Shown here one piece after another: positions 53,026 through 64,000 of a DNA stretch of 64,000 bases (within the stretch, counting starts at the first letter, position 1; every line of letters begins with the position of its first letter). This DNA comes from Diplonema japonicum (taxonomy: Eukaryota > Protista > Euglenozoa: Diplonemea), in contig OZ025689.1 of assembly GCA_964019335.1 (NCBI GenBank), positions 310,001 through 374,000 of the forward strand, in the 5' to 3' direction. The translations under genes were made by a program, and so were the position numbers. Below the pieces are notes generated by a model. It ran no database searches, was not told where the DNA came from, and saw only the letters and a list, made by a program, of their open reading frames with translations.

Positions 53026-54574
53026 CTAAAGTATGTTGGCGGAGAAGCTGAGGGGGTCTATGACATCGTCGTCATCGTCATCGCTGACATGCTCTATGGT
53101 GAATGCAGTGCTGGAGTCAGGGACGCCATCCGTGTGGCCGAGGAGGTCGTTCTCCATGAAGGAGGCAGGTGTGCGGATGCCGAATGACGACGGCGTGGGG
53201 AGGTTGGATAAACGCGGTGTCCGTGCGGCGGGTGTGCCCATTGGTGTAAGGGGCGGCGCCATGGGCGTTGCGTTTCTAGGAACAACAGGTGTCGAAGGCG
53301 TTCCAGGAGTCGGCATGAAGGACGATAGCCTCCTCCTCTTCTGCGCCTCCTCCCTCGTCAGCATCTGCTGCCCGAGCCCCGTAATCTGCACGTCGTTGTC
53401 GCTGTCCTCGTCATCCTGATCTTTCTTCGCTTTTCTCACTAACAACTTGAGCTTCATGACCAGCTTTTGCTCCATCTTTCTCAAAGCAGGTTCTGTCAAG
53501 TGCTGCGTGTGAGAGCTGCGCATTGCGTCAAGCCGTTGCAAGTGCTCCTTCACCTTCTTCCTATCGGCAAGCCTGTTTGGGGGGGGGGGGGAATAAATAA
53601 ATAAACAAAAGGCTGTGCGGCCATACACAGGTATCTGTTCGAGGTCGAAGTTCTCCAGGTACTCATGGCACGGTAGCTTGCTGTTCTCGGTGACCCTCCT
53701 GACGTGGTACCGTCTAGATGGGGTGGCAGTGGGCGTTTCGTTAATGACAGGTGTTCTGGCAGAGGACGGGGTTGAGACCTTGGCAGGGGTCTCGGGAAGC
53801 TTTGCAATGGCAGTCTTATACTCATCTGTCTCTTTGTAGGTTTCCATTTCTTCGTTGAAACGCGCTCTGTAGTCGGTGGAGGGGGAGGGAGGGGGCATAC
53901 TTATCTTCATCTGCCTTTATACTGAATCCTTTCTTCTCCTCTTCAGTAACACTTGTTTTCCACTTTTTGCCGAGCTCCCTGAACGTAATATCTATGTTTT
54001 CCCCGGCCTCCGCCCGTTTCTTCTGGTCGGCCATCCACAGGTTGTAAGCCGAGAGATTCTTTTTCGGCTTGTTGGGCATGTCGTGGTTCGCGGTTGTTTT
54101 CTTTTGTTTTTTCTTTGGAGGGGACGCCTTCATCCTAGGGCTGGATGTGCTTGTTGTCATTTTCTCTTGTTTCTCCTCCTCCTTCTCCTCTTCTTCGTCG
54201 TCGCTTTCGAGAACCAGGGATCGCTTTTTGGACCTCTTCTCTTTCTTATCCTTATCCTTTTTGTCTTTTTTGTCTTTTTTGTCTTTCTTGTCCTTCTTCT
54301 TTTTTTCCTTAGGTCGTTCGTCTGTTTTTTTTTTTTTAAAAGGGGGGGGCGTACCCTCGCTGATCTCAAATTCCATGTCGTACTGGCTGTACGTCAGCTC
54401 TTCGGCTGTCGGCTCCTGTTCTTCTTTGTTGTTCTCCTCCTTTTCGTTTTCTTCCCCTCCCGTTCCGTTTCCTTCTTTTGGCTGTTCTTCCTCTGTTGTC
54501 TGCGAGGCCTCGTGTGGTAGTTCCTCCTCTGTGATCTGTGGGGCCATCTGTTCGGTCGCTCCTGATCCCTCCAT
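53026..54574 (-). CDS. HMG-box protein with acidic/Lys-rich N-terminus, spliced (may include exon 52769-52951)
   Basis: KPKKNLSAYNLW...FRELGKKWK...EEKK..KADEDK joins via a short intron to ARFNEEMETYK. Confidence 0.75.
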
Positions 54575-55712
54575 TTGTTTAAAAGACGTGCGTCTCACCA
54601 CCCAACCCTTTTTTATTTTTTATTTTTTTTTTCCTTTTCTTTTAAATTCTATGCAAATCCTGGATGTTAAATATATTAATTATTTCTCCGCAATTGCAGA
54701 ATATAAAACGAGAATGGACCCCCTTTGTTTTTTTATTTTTATTTTTTTATTTGTTTTTTTTCCGGAAAGGAAAGAGGGGGAGGGGGTATTTAAAGAAAGT
54801 ACGGAGAAAAGGGGGGTGGATGCATGGGGTGTGCCCACTGCCCTTCCCCCCTGGTCATCCCTCTTTCTGGCGCATGGAAGGGGGAGTTTTCTTTTTTTGC
54901 TTTTGTTCTTCTTTTTTTTTCTTCTTTTTCTTGAAACTAGAGAGGAAAAGAATCGGGGAGAGAAATAAATAAGCTGACATAAGTTAAAGTAGTGCACACG
55001 CAACAATAGGGAAAAAGAAAAGAAAAAAAAAAAAGAAGGGGGTAAAAAAAAAAATTGAGAGGGACTTAGGAGAGGAGGGTTGAAGTAGAGGGAGTAAAAA
55101 GCTATTCTTTCTCCCCCATTCTTCGGGGTCTTTTTTTTTCTTCTTTTTTTTTTTTCCTTCTAGGATTCGTTTTCTCGTAAAAAAAAAAAAAAAGTCCTCT
55201 CATTCACTTCCTCATTTTTTTTTCTTGCTTGTTCCTTTAGAGCTGTTCCCTCGTTTTTTTTTTTTTTTTTTTTTTTTTTTCTTTCGCCAAAGAAAATAAC
55301 CGTGGTGTCCGAAACAACACTCTTTTCCTGATAACCCTCTTTTTTTTTTTTTTTAAACCAAGTTTATTCCAATTTAAGTTTATTTGAATTTTTTTTTCTT
55401 AGATTCCCTCTAGAAAAAAAAGAAGAAACAAAAGAAAAAAAAGGAAAACGAAATAATAAATAAAAAAAATCACATGAAAACACACCACGCGCATGCCAAA
55501 ATAAAAAATAGAAGGAATAATTTAAAAAAAAAATCTTTTTTTTTTTGGAAAACACACAAAGATGCGAGAACAGCATTTGAATTATATATAAAAAAAAGGA
55601 GCAGAAGAAGAAGAATGGGAAGTGGGAGAAGAGGGGATGAAAAAAAAAAAAGAAAATAATACGGAAAAAAAAAAAAAAAAAAAAAAAAAAGAAGGGGTGG
55701 AATGGGAATAAC

Positions 55713-55753
<41 letters not shown>

Positions 55754-55823
55754 TCTTCTGTATTCTTTTTTTTTAAAATACTTTTTTTTTATCGAACATT
55801 TTTTTTATTTTCCCCTCTCATTC

Positions 55824-58001
55824 TCAAGCAGAGGATGCCTTGAGGAGCTGCTTCTTCTCACGGCGCCTAGAGGAGAGAACACCCTCGGTGTACCCGTTGG
55901 CAGTGGTGGTTCCCTTAAAGATAAGATCACGAGCCGCATGGAACTCCACAGTGTCGTAGGAAGGCGCCATGGGTGGGTACTCGGGGTCGTGAGCGTTCTG
56001 CTTGTCAACAATAACTGCCATCTTCTTCATGGTCTCGAGAATCTGCTCCTCGGAGATAAGACCGTGGTGGTGCCAGTTGGCAATGTGCTGGGAAGAAATC
56101 CTCAAAGTGGCTCTGTCCTCCATAAGCTGAACATCGTGTGTGTCCGGGACCTTGGAGCACCCAACACCAAGACCCACCCACCTCACCACGTACCCGAGGA
56201 GGGACTGCACGTTACAGTCGAGTTCATCCTGAATCTCCTTCTGCGTCAGCTCCCTGTCCAGAACAGGCGGCTTCAGGATCGAGTCTGTCCTGTCCGCCAC
56301 GTTGCTCTTCAGTTCCTCCTGGGTGTTCAGAACATCATGGTAGTGGTAGTGCAGAGCGTGCAGGGTAGCGGCTGTAGGCGACGGTACCCAAGCTGTGGTT
56401 GCCCCCACCTGCAGATGGCCGATCTTCTTCTCCATCATCTCCGCCATGTTGTCGGGTGCGGCCCACATACCCTTCCCGATCTGGCCCTTCCCCTTCAGGC
56501 CTTGTTCCAGACCCCTGTCCACGTTCGACGCCTCGTACGCCTTGATCCACTCCACGTGGCGGATCTCCTCCTTCGGGAGCATGGGTCCTGCCTCCATCGA
56601 GGTGTGGATCTCGTCAGCAACACGGTCCAGGAAGCCTGTGTTGATGAAGAACACCCTGTCACGGGCAGCGGAGAGTGCCTCTCTCAAGTTCACGGACATC
56701 CTCCTCTCCTCGTCCATGATCCCGATCTTCACGGTGTTCTTGGGGATCTTCAGAACCTCCTCCACCTTCGTGAACAGCTCGTCCACGAACTTAACCTCCT
56801 CAGGGCCGTGCATCTTGGGCTTCACGAGGTACACAGACCCGCCCTTGCTGTTGCTCTTCCCCTTCAGGTCGTGCACACCAGCAAGCGTTGTGATGACAGC
56901 GTCCAGGAACTGCTCAGGTGTCTCATCCCCGTTCGTCTTCACGATGTCGGTGTACATGTGCAGACCGACGTTCCTGCACATGAGAACAGCCCTGCCGGAC
57001 AGCTCGATCTCACCACCGGAGGGCGTGGTGAACTTCTTGGGTGTGTTGAGCCTCCTCTCGAACACCTTGCCGTTCTTCACGACGGGGATGTGGAGGGTCT
57101 GGTCCATGAGGCCTGTCCAGTTCGTGTAGGCGACAATCTTGTCGGCGACGTCGACGGTGCAGGCGGAGTCCTCGGCGTCGGCAAGCACGGACAGGGCGGC
57201 CTCAACCTGCACGTCATAGATGCCCGCCTTGTGCGACTTACCGACAGGGTGGGCCTTGTTGACAAGGACCTCCATGTGCAGGCCGTTGTTCTTCAAAAGC
57301 ACGGAGATGGCACCGTCCTTCTCAGTGTAGCCGGTGAAGGCGGAAGGAGTTTCGAGGGGGAGGTTGAGCTTGCCGTCTTTGACGGAGACCTCGGTGATGT
57401 CGGCCCATGACTGGCCCGCGATGGGGAAGATCTTGTCGAGGATGTTGTGCAGCTCGGCGAAGACGAGGGCGCCACGCTCGTGGCTGTACCCGCCGGCGGG
57501 GATGGCACCGGGGATCACATCGGTCCCGTAGAGGGCGTCGAGGAGGGAGCCCCATCGAGCGTTGGCAGCGTTGACAATGTAGCGAGCGTTGTCCACAGGG
57601 CACACAAGCTGGGGGGCGGGGATAGAGGACATCTCGGGGTCGACGTTCTGAGTTTGGATCTGGAAGTCTGCGCTCCTGGGCACAAGGTACCCAATCTCGG
57701 TCAGGAAGGCCTTGTACTCCTCGTGGTTCAGAGGCTGCCCCTTGCGCTCCTTGTGGTACTGGTCAATGAGCGCCTGCGTCTTGTCCCTTGCGTCGAGCAA
57801 GCTCTTGTTCTTCCCAGACATGGTGAGGCAGATCTCACCAAGCCCAGCCCACACCTCCTTGTTCTCAAGCCCCGTGCCGGGAATCAGCGTCGATTCGACA
57901 AATGCCACAAGATCCTTGTGGACCTTCACACCATCGTGTACCTCAACGTGGCACCACCTGCGCCCGAGCTGTGCCAGAGACAGTTTAATGTTGCGTTGCA
58001 T
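55824..58001 (-). CDS. glcB: Malate synthase G with a mitochondrial presequence-like N-terminus
   Basis: NAANARWGSLLDALYGTD, RNVG, YLVKPKMHGPEEV, GIMDEERR, FINTGFLDR, IGKGMWAAPD, AWVPSPTAATLHALHYH, LMEDRATLRISSQ. Confidence 0.95.
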   Translation of the reverse strand: MQRNIKLSLAQLGRRWCHVEVHDGVKVHKDLVAFVESTLIPGTGLENKEVWAGLGEICLTMSGKNKSLLDARDKTQALIDQYHKERKGQPLNHEEYKAFLTEIGYLVPRSADFQIQTQNVDPEMSSIPAPQLVCPVDNARYIVNAANARWGSLLDALYGTDVIPGAIPAGGYSHERGALVFAELHNILDKIFPIAGQSWADITEVSVKDGKLNLPLETPSAFTGYTEKDGAISVLLKNNGLHMEVLVNKAHPVGKSHKAGIYDVQVEAALSVLADAEDSACTVDVADKIVAYTNWTGLMDQTLHIPVVKNGKVFERRLNTPKKFTTPSGGEIELSGRAVLMCRNVGLHMYTDIVKTNGDETPEQFLDAVITTLAGVHDLKGKSNSKGGSVYLVKPKMHGPEEVKFVDELFTKVEEVLKIPKNTVKIGIMDEERRMSVNLREALSAARDRVFFINTGFLDRVADEIHTSMEAGPMLPKEEIRHVEWIKAYEASNVDRGLEQGLKGKGQIGKGMWAAPDNMAEMMEKKIGHLQVGATTAWVPSPTAATLHALHYHYHDVLNTQEELKSNVADRTDSILKPPVLDRELTQKEIQDELDCNVQSLLGYVVRWVGLGVGCSKVPDTHDVQLMEDRATLRISSQHIANWHHHGLISEEQILETMKKMAVIVDKQNAHDPEYPPMAPSYDTVEFHAARDLIFKGTTTANGYTEGVLSSRRREKKQLLKASSA

Positions 58002-59809
58002 TTTTTTTCTTTTTTCGTTTGTGTGAAAAAATAACTTTGGGGGGGGGGGGTTTCTTTTCTTTCTTCTTTGGAAAGCAACATTAAGGGAAATACACATGAA
58101 CAGAAATAACAAGAAGGCGGGGGAGGGGGTGTGAATAGGCAAGTTTATTCTTTGCATTGTACGCAAATGGTTACAAAAAAAGTTTTTTTTTTAAAAAAAC
58201 CCCTGAATTGAATAGAAGATAACTTGTAACGCAACTGCCAGCCAACCTTTCCTTGATAACTACAATAACAAGTTGTTTCTGGTCGAGAAAAAAGAGAACA
58301 GACAAAAAAAATAAAAGAAGAAGAAAAAAAAAAAAGAAAAACCACAAAGGGGAACTATACACCGCGACAGAGGCAAAAAAAAAATAAAACAAAAAAATGG
58401 GGGAAAAGAAAAAAGAGGGATCCTTTTTTTTTTTTAATTTGCCGGTTAAGGTAACGGGAGAGGAGGGTCGCACCTTTTCTTTCTTTTTTTGTTACTGAAA
58501 CATGTTGCCTTTATTTTTTTTTCTGTGCGTCGGGGGGGGGGGGGGATTTATATTCCTTGCTTGGCTTTCTCCCCTAAGGAAGACTTCCCCCCTTTTTTTT
58601 TTTTTTTTTTTTGCTCTCTCTTTTTCTTTCCCGTCTCATACGTACGTTTTTCTTCGATTTCCCTGCTGTAGAACAGCGCTGCGAAAAATGCTAGAAGCAA
58701 ACAGAGATGAGGGAATTAAAAAAAAAAAGAAAGTAATGGGGTTAGTACCTTCCCTTCCCTCTCCTTTTTAGCCAAACAAAAAGAGTGCGGTTAGATAGAA
58801 AAGAATGGTGAAACAGGTATTTAAAAAAAAAAAAAAAAAAAAAAAATGGAAAAGGAGAAATGTGCCGTTTTCTTTTTCTTCCTGATTTTTTTTTTTTTTT
58901 TTTTTTTTTTTTGCAACTTTTTAGGCGAAAATATGAAAACCTTGGTGCGAAAATGAAAATTCGTGTTATCACAACTATACTGATGCAAAATCACGAGTTT
59001 TGGGTAGACGGACAGAGATATCTACTTTGGGAGGTCCTGCTTTTTTTTTTTTTTCTCCTTTCAATGTATCGGAAAAAAAAAACGCTTTTTTGCATTTTTT
59101 TACCCACCCCCCCCAGAATTTCACAATAGAAATTAGAAAATCGACTTTATTCGGGCTTTTTTGGTATTTAAACCCACCTCCCCTGCATCCCTCTTTTTTT
59201 TTTTTTTTTTTTTTTTTTACTGTTATCTGGATTCGTCAATTCTTTTTTCTTTTTTTTTTTTTGTATAAATGACGATTTCTTTCTCCCTCGGCTTTCCCTG
59301 TGTTCTCAGTTATTCCGTTCTAAGTGCGATTAGAGGTATATAGTAATTGTACTGGTTTGCAATTTTTTTTTTCTTCTTTTTTTTTTCTTCCACCTCTCGA
59401 TCATTTTTTTTCTTTTTTTACTTTTTTTTTTCTTTCTTCCCTTTCGCTTAATTCAATTAATTCAAGCTCAGCAGAAAGAAAAAAAAAAAGAAGGGGAAGG
59501 GGGGAGGAGAAAAGAACAGGAAATTTCTTAACCTAAAAGAACGGAAACTGATTTACCTATCAGCCCCCCCCCCCCCCGGTCGCAACACCCCAAAACGAAA
59601 AATAAACTCAAAGACGGGCCTTCGGTAATCAACAGTGTTCATGATGAAGGAGCATGTGACGATGAAATAGCCATGCAAATTAAACGCCGCCGATGCTCCT
59701 CTGCCCTTTTTTTTTACCCCTTTCCTTTGTGAATGATGAATGGGAAAAAAAAGGGGGGGGTACAGTTAATGACATCAGACTTTCACGGCAGGAAGTTTGA
59801 CAATTGGGG

Positions 59810-59847
<38 letters not shown>

Positions 59848-59906
59848 CTATGATAGGAACGAAGTGGTTAGCAACGGCCCGCCTAAAAAAAAGAGGGGAG
59901 GGAATA

Positions 59907-59939
<33 letters not shown>

Positions 59940-60771
59940 CCCACTATGATTGAGAGGGGACCAAAAATTTTCTTTCTTTTTTTTTTTTTTTTCTTCTCTT
60001 TCCATCGCAAAGCGAGAGGGAAGTAAAACTAAAGTAGATACTACAGTACTGCGGAAGCGGAATTTTTGTGTGTATTTTTTTTTTTTTTTTTTTTTTTTTT
60101 CCTTCTTCTTCCCCATCCATGACATTTACCTTGTACCTGCGAGGGGATAACCAGGCAGTGGGGGGTGAGGGGAGCTTTTTTCTTCTTTTTTTACAACCTA
60201 GTCTTCCCGCATAGAGGATCGCACTGGGAAGGCGAGAAAAAATATATATAAAGGATAAAGGAGGCCAGTATTGGCACCCTGCACAAGCATTGTCTACTTA
60301 CTCCCTTGCATTCCGCATTGTGTCCTTAATGCGTGTGGTGCGCCCGGTCCCAGGCCCAGTCCGGTAACCAAGATTCTGCGCTCGTGCAGCTTGCTTGTTC
60401 CTCACCCTGAGCATCTGCAACGTTCTTCCACTAGGGCGCTACCAAAAGAAGAAAAAAAAGTATAAAAAAAAGAACAAAGAAAAAAAGCGGGGGATATGCC
60501 GAAACTGTCGCACCAGTTTATTTCCTATTAATGCACAAGGAAGCGAACGACCCTTTTCTTTCTTTTTTTTTTTTTTTTTTTTGCCCATCCCTGCCCCATT
60601 AAGAGAGAAGGAGAAAAAAAAATAAAAGAAAAGAAAACAAAAAGGAAATAAAAGAAACCTGCGGCACGTAAGGCAGGGAATGGGGTGGGGAAGGGAAAAC
60701 ATTGCCAGAAAAGAACACGGAACTATTTTTTTTTTTTTCTTTTTTAGAAATACTAAACTACTTTTACATGT

Positions 60772-62760
60772 TTATCTGAAATGAGGCGCATTGCCACCTG
60801 CAAACACAATAGGTGCCTGATGGTTGTTGTTGTGCTGCCTCTGAGGCCGGAAGGATGTACGGGGACCTGCAAGAGGGTTCAACTGCATCAACTGCTTCAA
60901 CGCCTCATCACTGCTGAGACGCAAGCGCGAGTTCGGCTCGAGAAGTGCCCTGACAAGGGATCCACACCACGCGGGGATATCATTCGGGAGCTTCCCCTGT
61001 AAAAAAAAAAAAAAAAAAAGTTCAGTTGGGGAAAAAACAACATACATGCACAATATCAGCCTGGTTCCTGAAAGTCAGTTTTCCTGTACAAAGCTCATAC
61101 AGAATGCACCCCATGCTAAACATATCTGCTTTATGGTCATACGGCTTCCCGTGTAGAAGCTCAGGGGCCATGTACACAGGTGTCCCGCATTGGGTCTGAG
61201 CGACCTTTGCTGTAGGTTGGAGTTGTGTTGCTAAACCCAAGTCCGCGATTTTTGCAGCACCACCCGCTGTAAGGAGGATGTTGTCAGGCTTGAGGTCTCT
61301 GTGGAGGATACGCCTGGAGTGGATGTACTTCATAGCCTCCAGCGAGTCTTTCATGATGCGGAACACTTCTGAGGGCGGTAGTCCTTTCGGTGGCCTGCCC
61401 ATCTTCTTTCGCAGGTCGCCGCCCTCTGCGAATTCCGTGATGATGATGAGCGCGCCGTCTTCCTCGTATGAGTCGATGAACCTCACGATGTTGGGGTGCT
61501 TCAGGCGTTTCATGAGGTCGGCCTCCAAGCGTACCTCCTCCATTACCACCCCGGAGTCCAGCTTTGGTTTCTTCATGATTAGTTGTAAACCGTCGGATTT
61601 TCGCTTAATCAAGTACACGGTGCCAAACCCGCCTTCGCCGATCTTACGGATCATTTCGTATGCGTCACCGGGTTTTGTGGGTTTGGCGGACTGCGGAGGT
61701 GAAGGGGCGGACGGAGCGGAGGGTGCTGGGGGGGGCGGCTTTCTTGGGGAAAAGAATCTGTAAAAAGCCTCGAACGAAACAGCATTCGTCCTACCTGGGT
61801 CCATGGAGAGCCATGTGGCCTGCGCTTGCGCGATGTTGACGCCGAGCTGCTGCTGCAAAGAGACCGAGTGCAGCGCCATACCGAATTCGTAGTTATCAAT
61901 GAACTCGCTTCTGTTGACGTCGATTCTGTGGAAAAGCCACCTGATCCTGCAGAAGGTTCGGAGGTTTTCGAGAGAAATGACGCCGCTGCTGTCGTTGTCG
62001 AGGAAGTTGAAGAGATCGGCGGCCTTGTGCGCAGGCCATCCAAGCTGGAGCTGAAGAGAACGGTGCGATAACGCCGACGCAAGCTCGGCAAGCGACACAC
62101 CACCGCTTCTGTCGAGATCCATGCGGTCGAGCAACATGACCGCCATCTCCTCCCAGTTCTTGTGTATCTGAAGCGGTTCCTGCATAGATGAAGTAGTGTA
62201 GTATCTGTAGAATTCAACGATGCTGATGACGCCGTTCCCGTCCGTGTCGATCTGCTTGAACAAGGACGCTGCCATGTTCTGTGGGACTTGAAGTTCTCTT
62301 TGAACGTGAAGGTTGCCCCTCAGCGCTGTTTCGAGCTCCCATGAGCTGATCTCGTTGTTCCCTGTGACGTCGATTTCTGAGAACAGCCACCGGACTTTGC
62401 AGAAGTGCTGGAGCTTGTCCTCGGTGATGTTCCCGGTGCGAGTCGGGTCCAGCAGATCGAAAAGCTCTTGGTACCTGTGAGGCGGCCAACTGAGCTCCTT
62501 CTGGAGCGTTTCATTCTGAAGTGCAGCACGAAGCTCCGACATTGAAATCTCTCCGTTCCTGTTCGAGTCGATTGCGTTGAAAAGCTTCCTGATACGGGCG
62601 GGCTGTTATTTATTTATTTTTATTTTTTTCTTCGAAGGGAGGAGTATTATACCGAGTTGTGAGGCTGTGCGACCACATTTGGAGGAGGAACATGTGCCGT
62701 CCCGCTTGGCGGGATCAACGGGAGCCCGGGGTTGTCGTGATGGTAGTGGTCAGGGGGGTT
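60772..62760 (-). CDS. Multi-EF-hand protein with a C-terminal NEK-like Ser/Thr kinase; spliced, start uncertain
   Basis: Several DxDxxGxIS EF-hands, then GEGGFG, HPNIV, HRDLKPDN, DLG, GTPVYMAPE, YDHKADMFSMG. Confidence 0.85.
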
Positions 62761-63201
62761 GTCCTTCGAGCCGAAGCAATTGTTGCCCATCCCCCTTTAC
62801 CCTACCCCCGGCCTTATGCGTTTCTTTTTTCTTTTTTTTTAATGCCGAAGGAACGCATGAAGGAAAAAAAAAGGGGGGGGGAAAGGAGGGAGAAAGGGAA
62901 AGGCGAGGTGGGGATGTTTTTTTACTGAAAAAAATGAGGTGTAAAAAATTTTTTTTGTGTCAGTGTTATTTTTTTTTAGTACCCATAGTCATAATTGGGC
63001 ATCTTATAAGCTACATGGTGGACCACACTGTCTAAGTGGTCACAAAAAAAAAAGAGAAGAGAGAAAAAAGAAAGAAAAAAAGAGAGGGGGAATAAGTGTA
63101 CTACTGCGTTTTATGGTTCTTTTTTTTTTTTTTCTTTCCTTTTCTTCCCCTTCTCGCCAAAATGTGTAATGTGCCCCCCTCCCCATTCCCTGTTGCCTGC
63201 A

Positions 63202-63996
63202 TCAAGCAGCAATAGTTTGCCCGCGCCGGACTTGGTCTTTTTTGCTTATGTAGATTGCTGTTGAGGCACCGAGAACACAGCCAGAAGAGGCACCTACTGC
63301 GGTGCCTGCCGCAAGACTAGCTGCCGGGGCAGAGTATGTTGCGGTAACTGCAGGCACGACGTAGGGTGTCGAGAGGGAGGCTGTAGAAGCTGAGGTCAAA
63401 GCTGTAGTAGCAGCGCTAGCTGCCGCCGTGCTGCCAGATGCTGTTGCAGCCGCAGTCGTAGCTTCGAGCAGGTTCGTGCCAACGGGGGCTGTCTTCACGG
63501 CACCCATCGCTGCTGTCGCTGCAGCGGTAGCGGCAGAACTCGAGGCGCTATTCGCAGCGGTGGCTGCAGCAACGCTCAACGGTACTTGTGACGATGCTGA
63601 GGTTACAGTAGTGTTCCCCACAACAGCCCCCGCTGCACCGCCCACCCCCGACACTGGTACGTTGTGCATTGCCGTCGCGGTTACAAGTTTTGTGGTTCCG
63701 AATAAAAGATGTGCAACAAGCCACCCGCCAACAGCGCCTAGACACAGTCCCGCCCCAACACCCACAGCCATGATCTGCATCCCAAAAGGAGCACCACTGC
63801 CACTGCCACTGCGCCCGGAACCTTCGTTGTCAGCATCAACACCGCCTTGCGAGTTGTCAAACTTCTTATCGCACCCTTTGAAATAAGGATCCTCGTCCAC
63901 CACCCCGCGGCTGCGGTGTTTCTGTCCCCTTCCTGCGGCGCCGCCCTCCGCTTGGCGTAGGTGTGATGCCAACCGGCTACGATGGCCGCTGCTCAA
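63202..63996 (-). CDS. Ala/Thr-rich protein with Gly-rich hydrophobic segments; probably starts beyond the window
   Basis: 264-aa ORF with two putative membrane helices flanking a low-complexity region. Confidence 0.45.
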   Translation of the reverse strand: MSSGHRSRLASHLRQAEGGAAGRGQKHRSRGVVDEDPYFKGCDKKFDNSQGGVDADNEGSGRSGSGSGAPFGMQIMAVGVGAGLCLGAVGGWLVAHLLFGTTKLVTATAMHNVPVSGVGGAAGAVVGNTTVTSASSQVPLSVAAATAANSASSSAATAAATAAMGAVKTAPVGTNLLEATTAAATASGSTAAASAATTALTSASTASLSTPYVVPAVTATYSAPAASLAAGTAVGASSGCVLGASTAIYISKKDQVRRGQTIAA

Positions 63997-64000
63997 AGAG

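Noticed and set aside
55938-57410. Long antisense ORFs (490 aa over malate synthase, and similar ones over ORF1/ORF2 and the formin)
   Set aside because: Explained by GC3-rich codon usage on the coding strand; no recognisable motifs.
58100-60700. Many short poly-Phe/poly-Lys ORFs, and a possible C/D snoRNA (ATGATGA at about 59641)
   Set aside because: The ORFs are homopolymer artefacts in UTR or intergenic DNA; no matching D box was found.

Overview
Eukaryotic, protist-like DNA. I infer a euglenozoan, possibly a diplonemid, because every recognisable host protein gene lies on the minus strand, intergenic gaps are very short, and small GT-AG introns and long A/T homopolymers are common. Host genes include TCF25/Rqc1, an LRR-EF-hand protein, a SelW/Rdx-like protein, a Roc-COR GTPase, RPS13, IFT54, iPGAM with an N-terminal D/D-like domain, a formin, an importin-like HEAT protein, an HMG-box protein, malate synthase G and an EF-hand/NEK-like kinase. 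About 28 kb consists of two head-to-tail stacks of non-LTR retrotransposons (APE-RT-RNase H; Ingi/I-like). Two elements (E1, E2) sit in front of a tRNA-Lys(CUU) gene and four segments (E3-E6) sit in front of a tRNA-Asp(GUC) gene. The target-site duplications show that every insertion was nicked 12 nt upstream of the mature tRNA 5' end, although the two target sequences are unrelated. An inverted, unoccupied copy of the tRNA-Asp gene supplies the empty-site sequence. This points to position-specific, tRNA/Pol III-guided integration shared by several families. In the full-length family, ORF1 and ORF2 are in the same frame, separated by one UGA. A covarying stem-loop, a codon-conserved linker and a 2A-like (VETNPGP) motif follow, suggesting stop-codon readthrough coupled to ribosomal skipping. 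All calls are by eye; exon boundaries and family names need computational confirmation.
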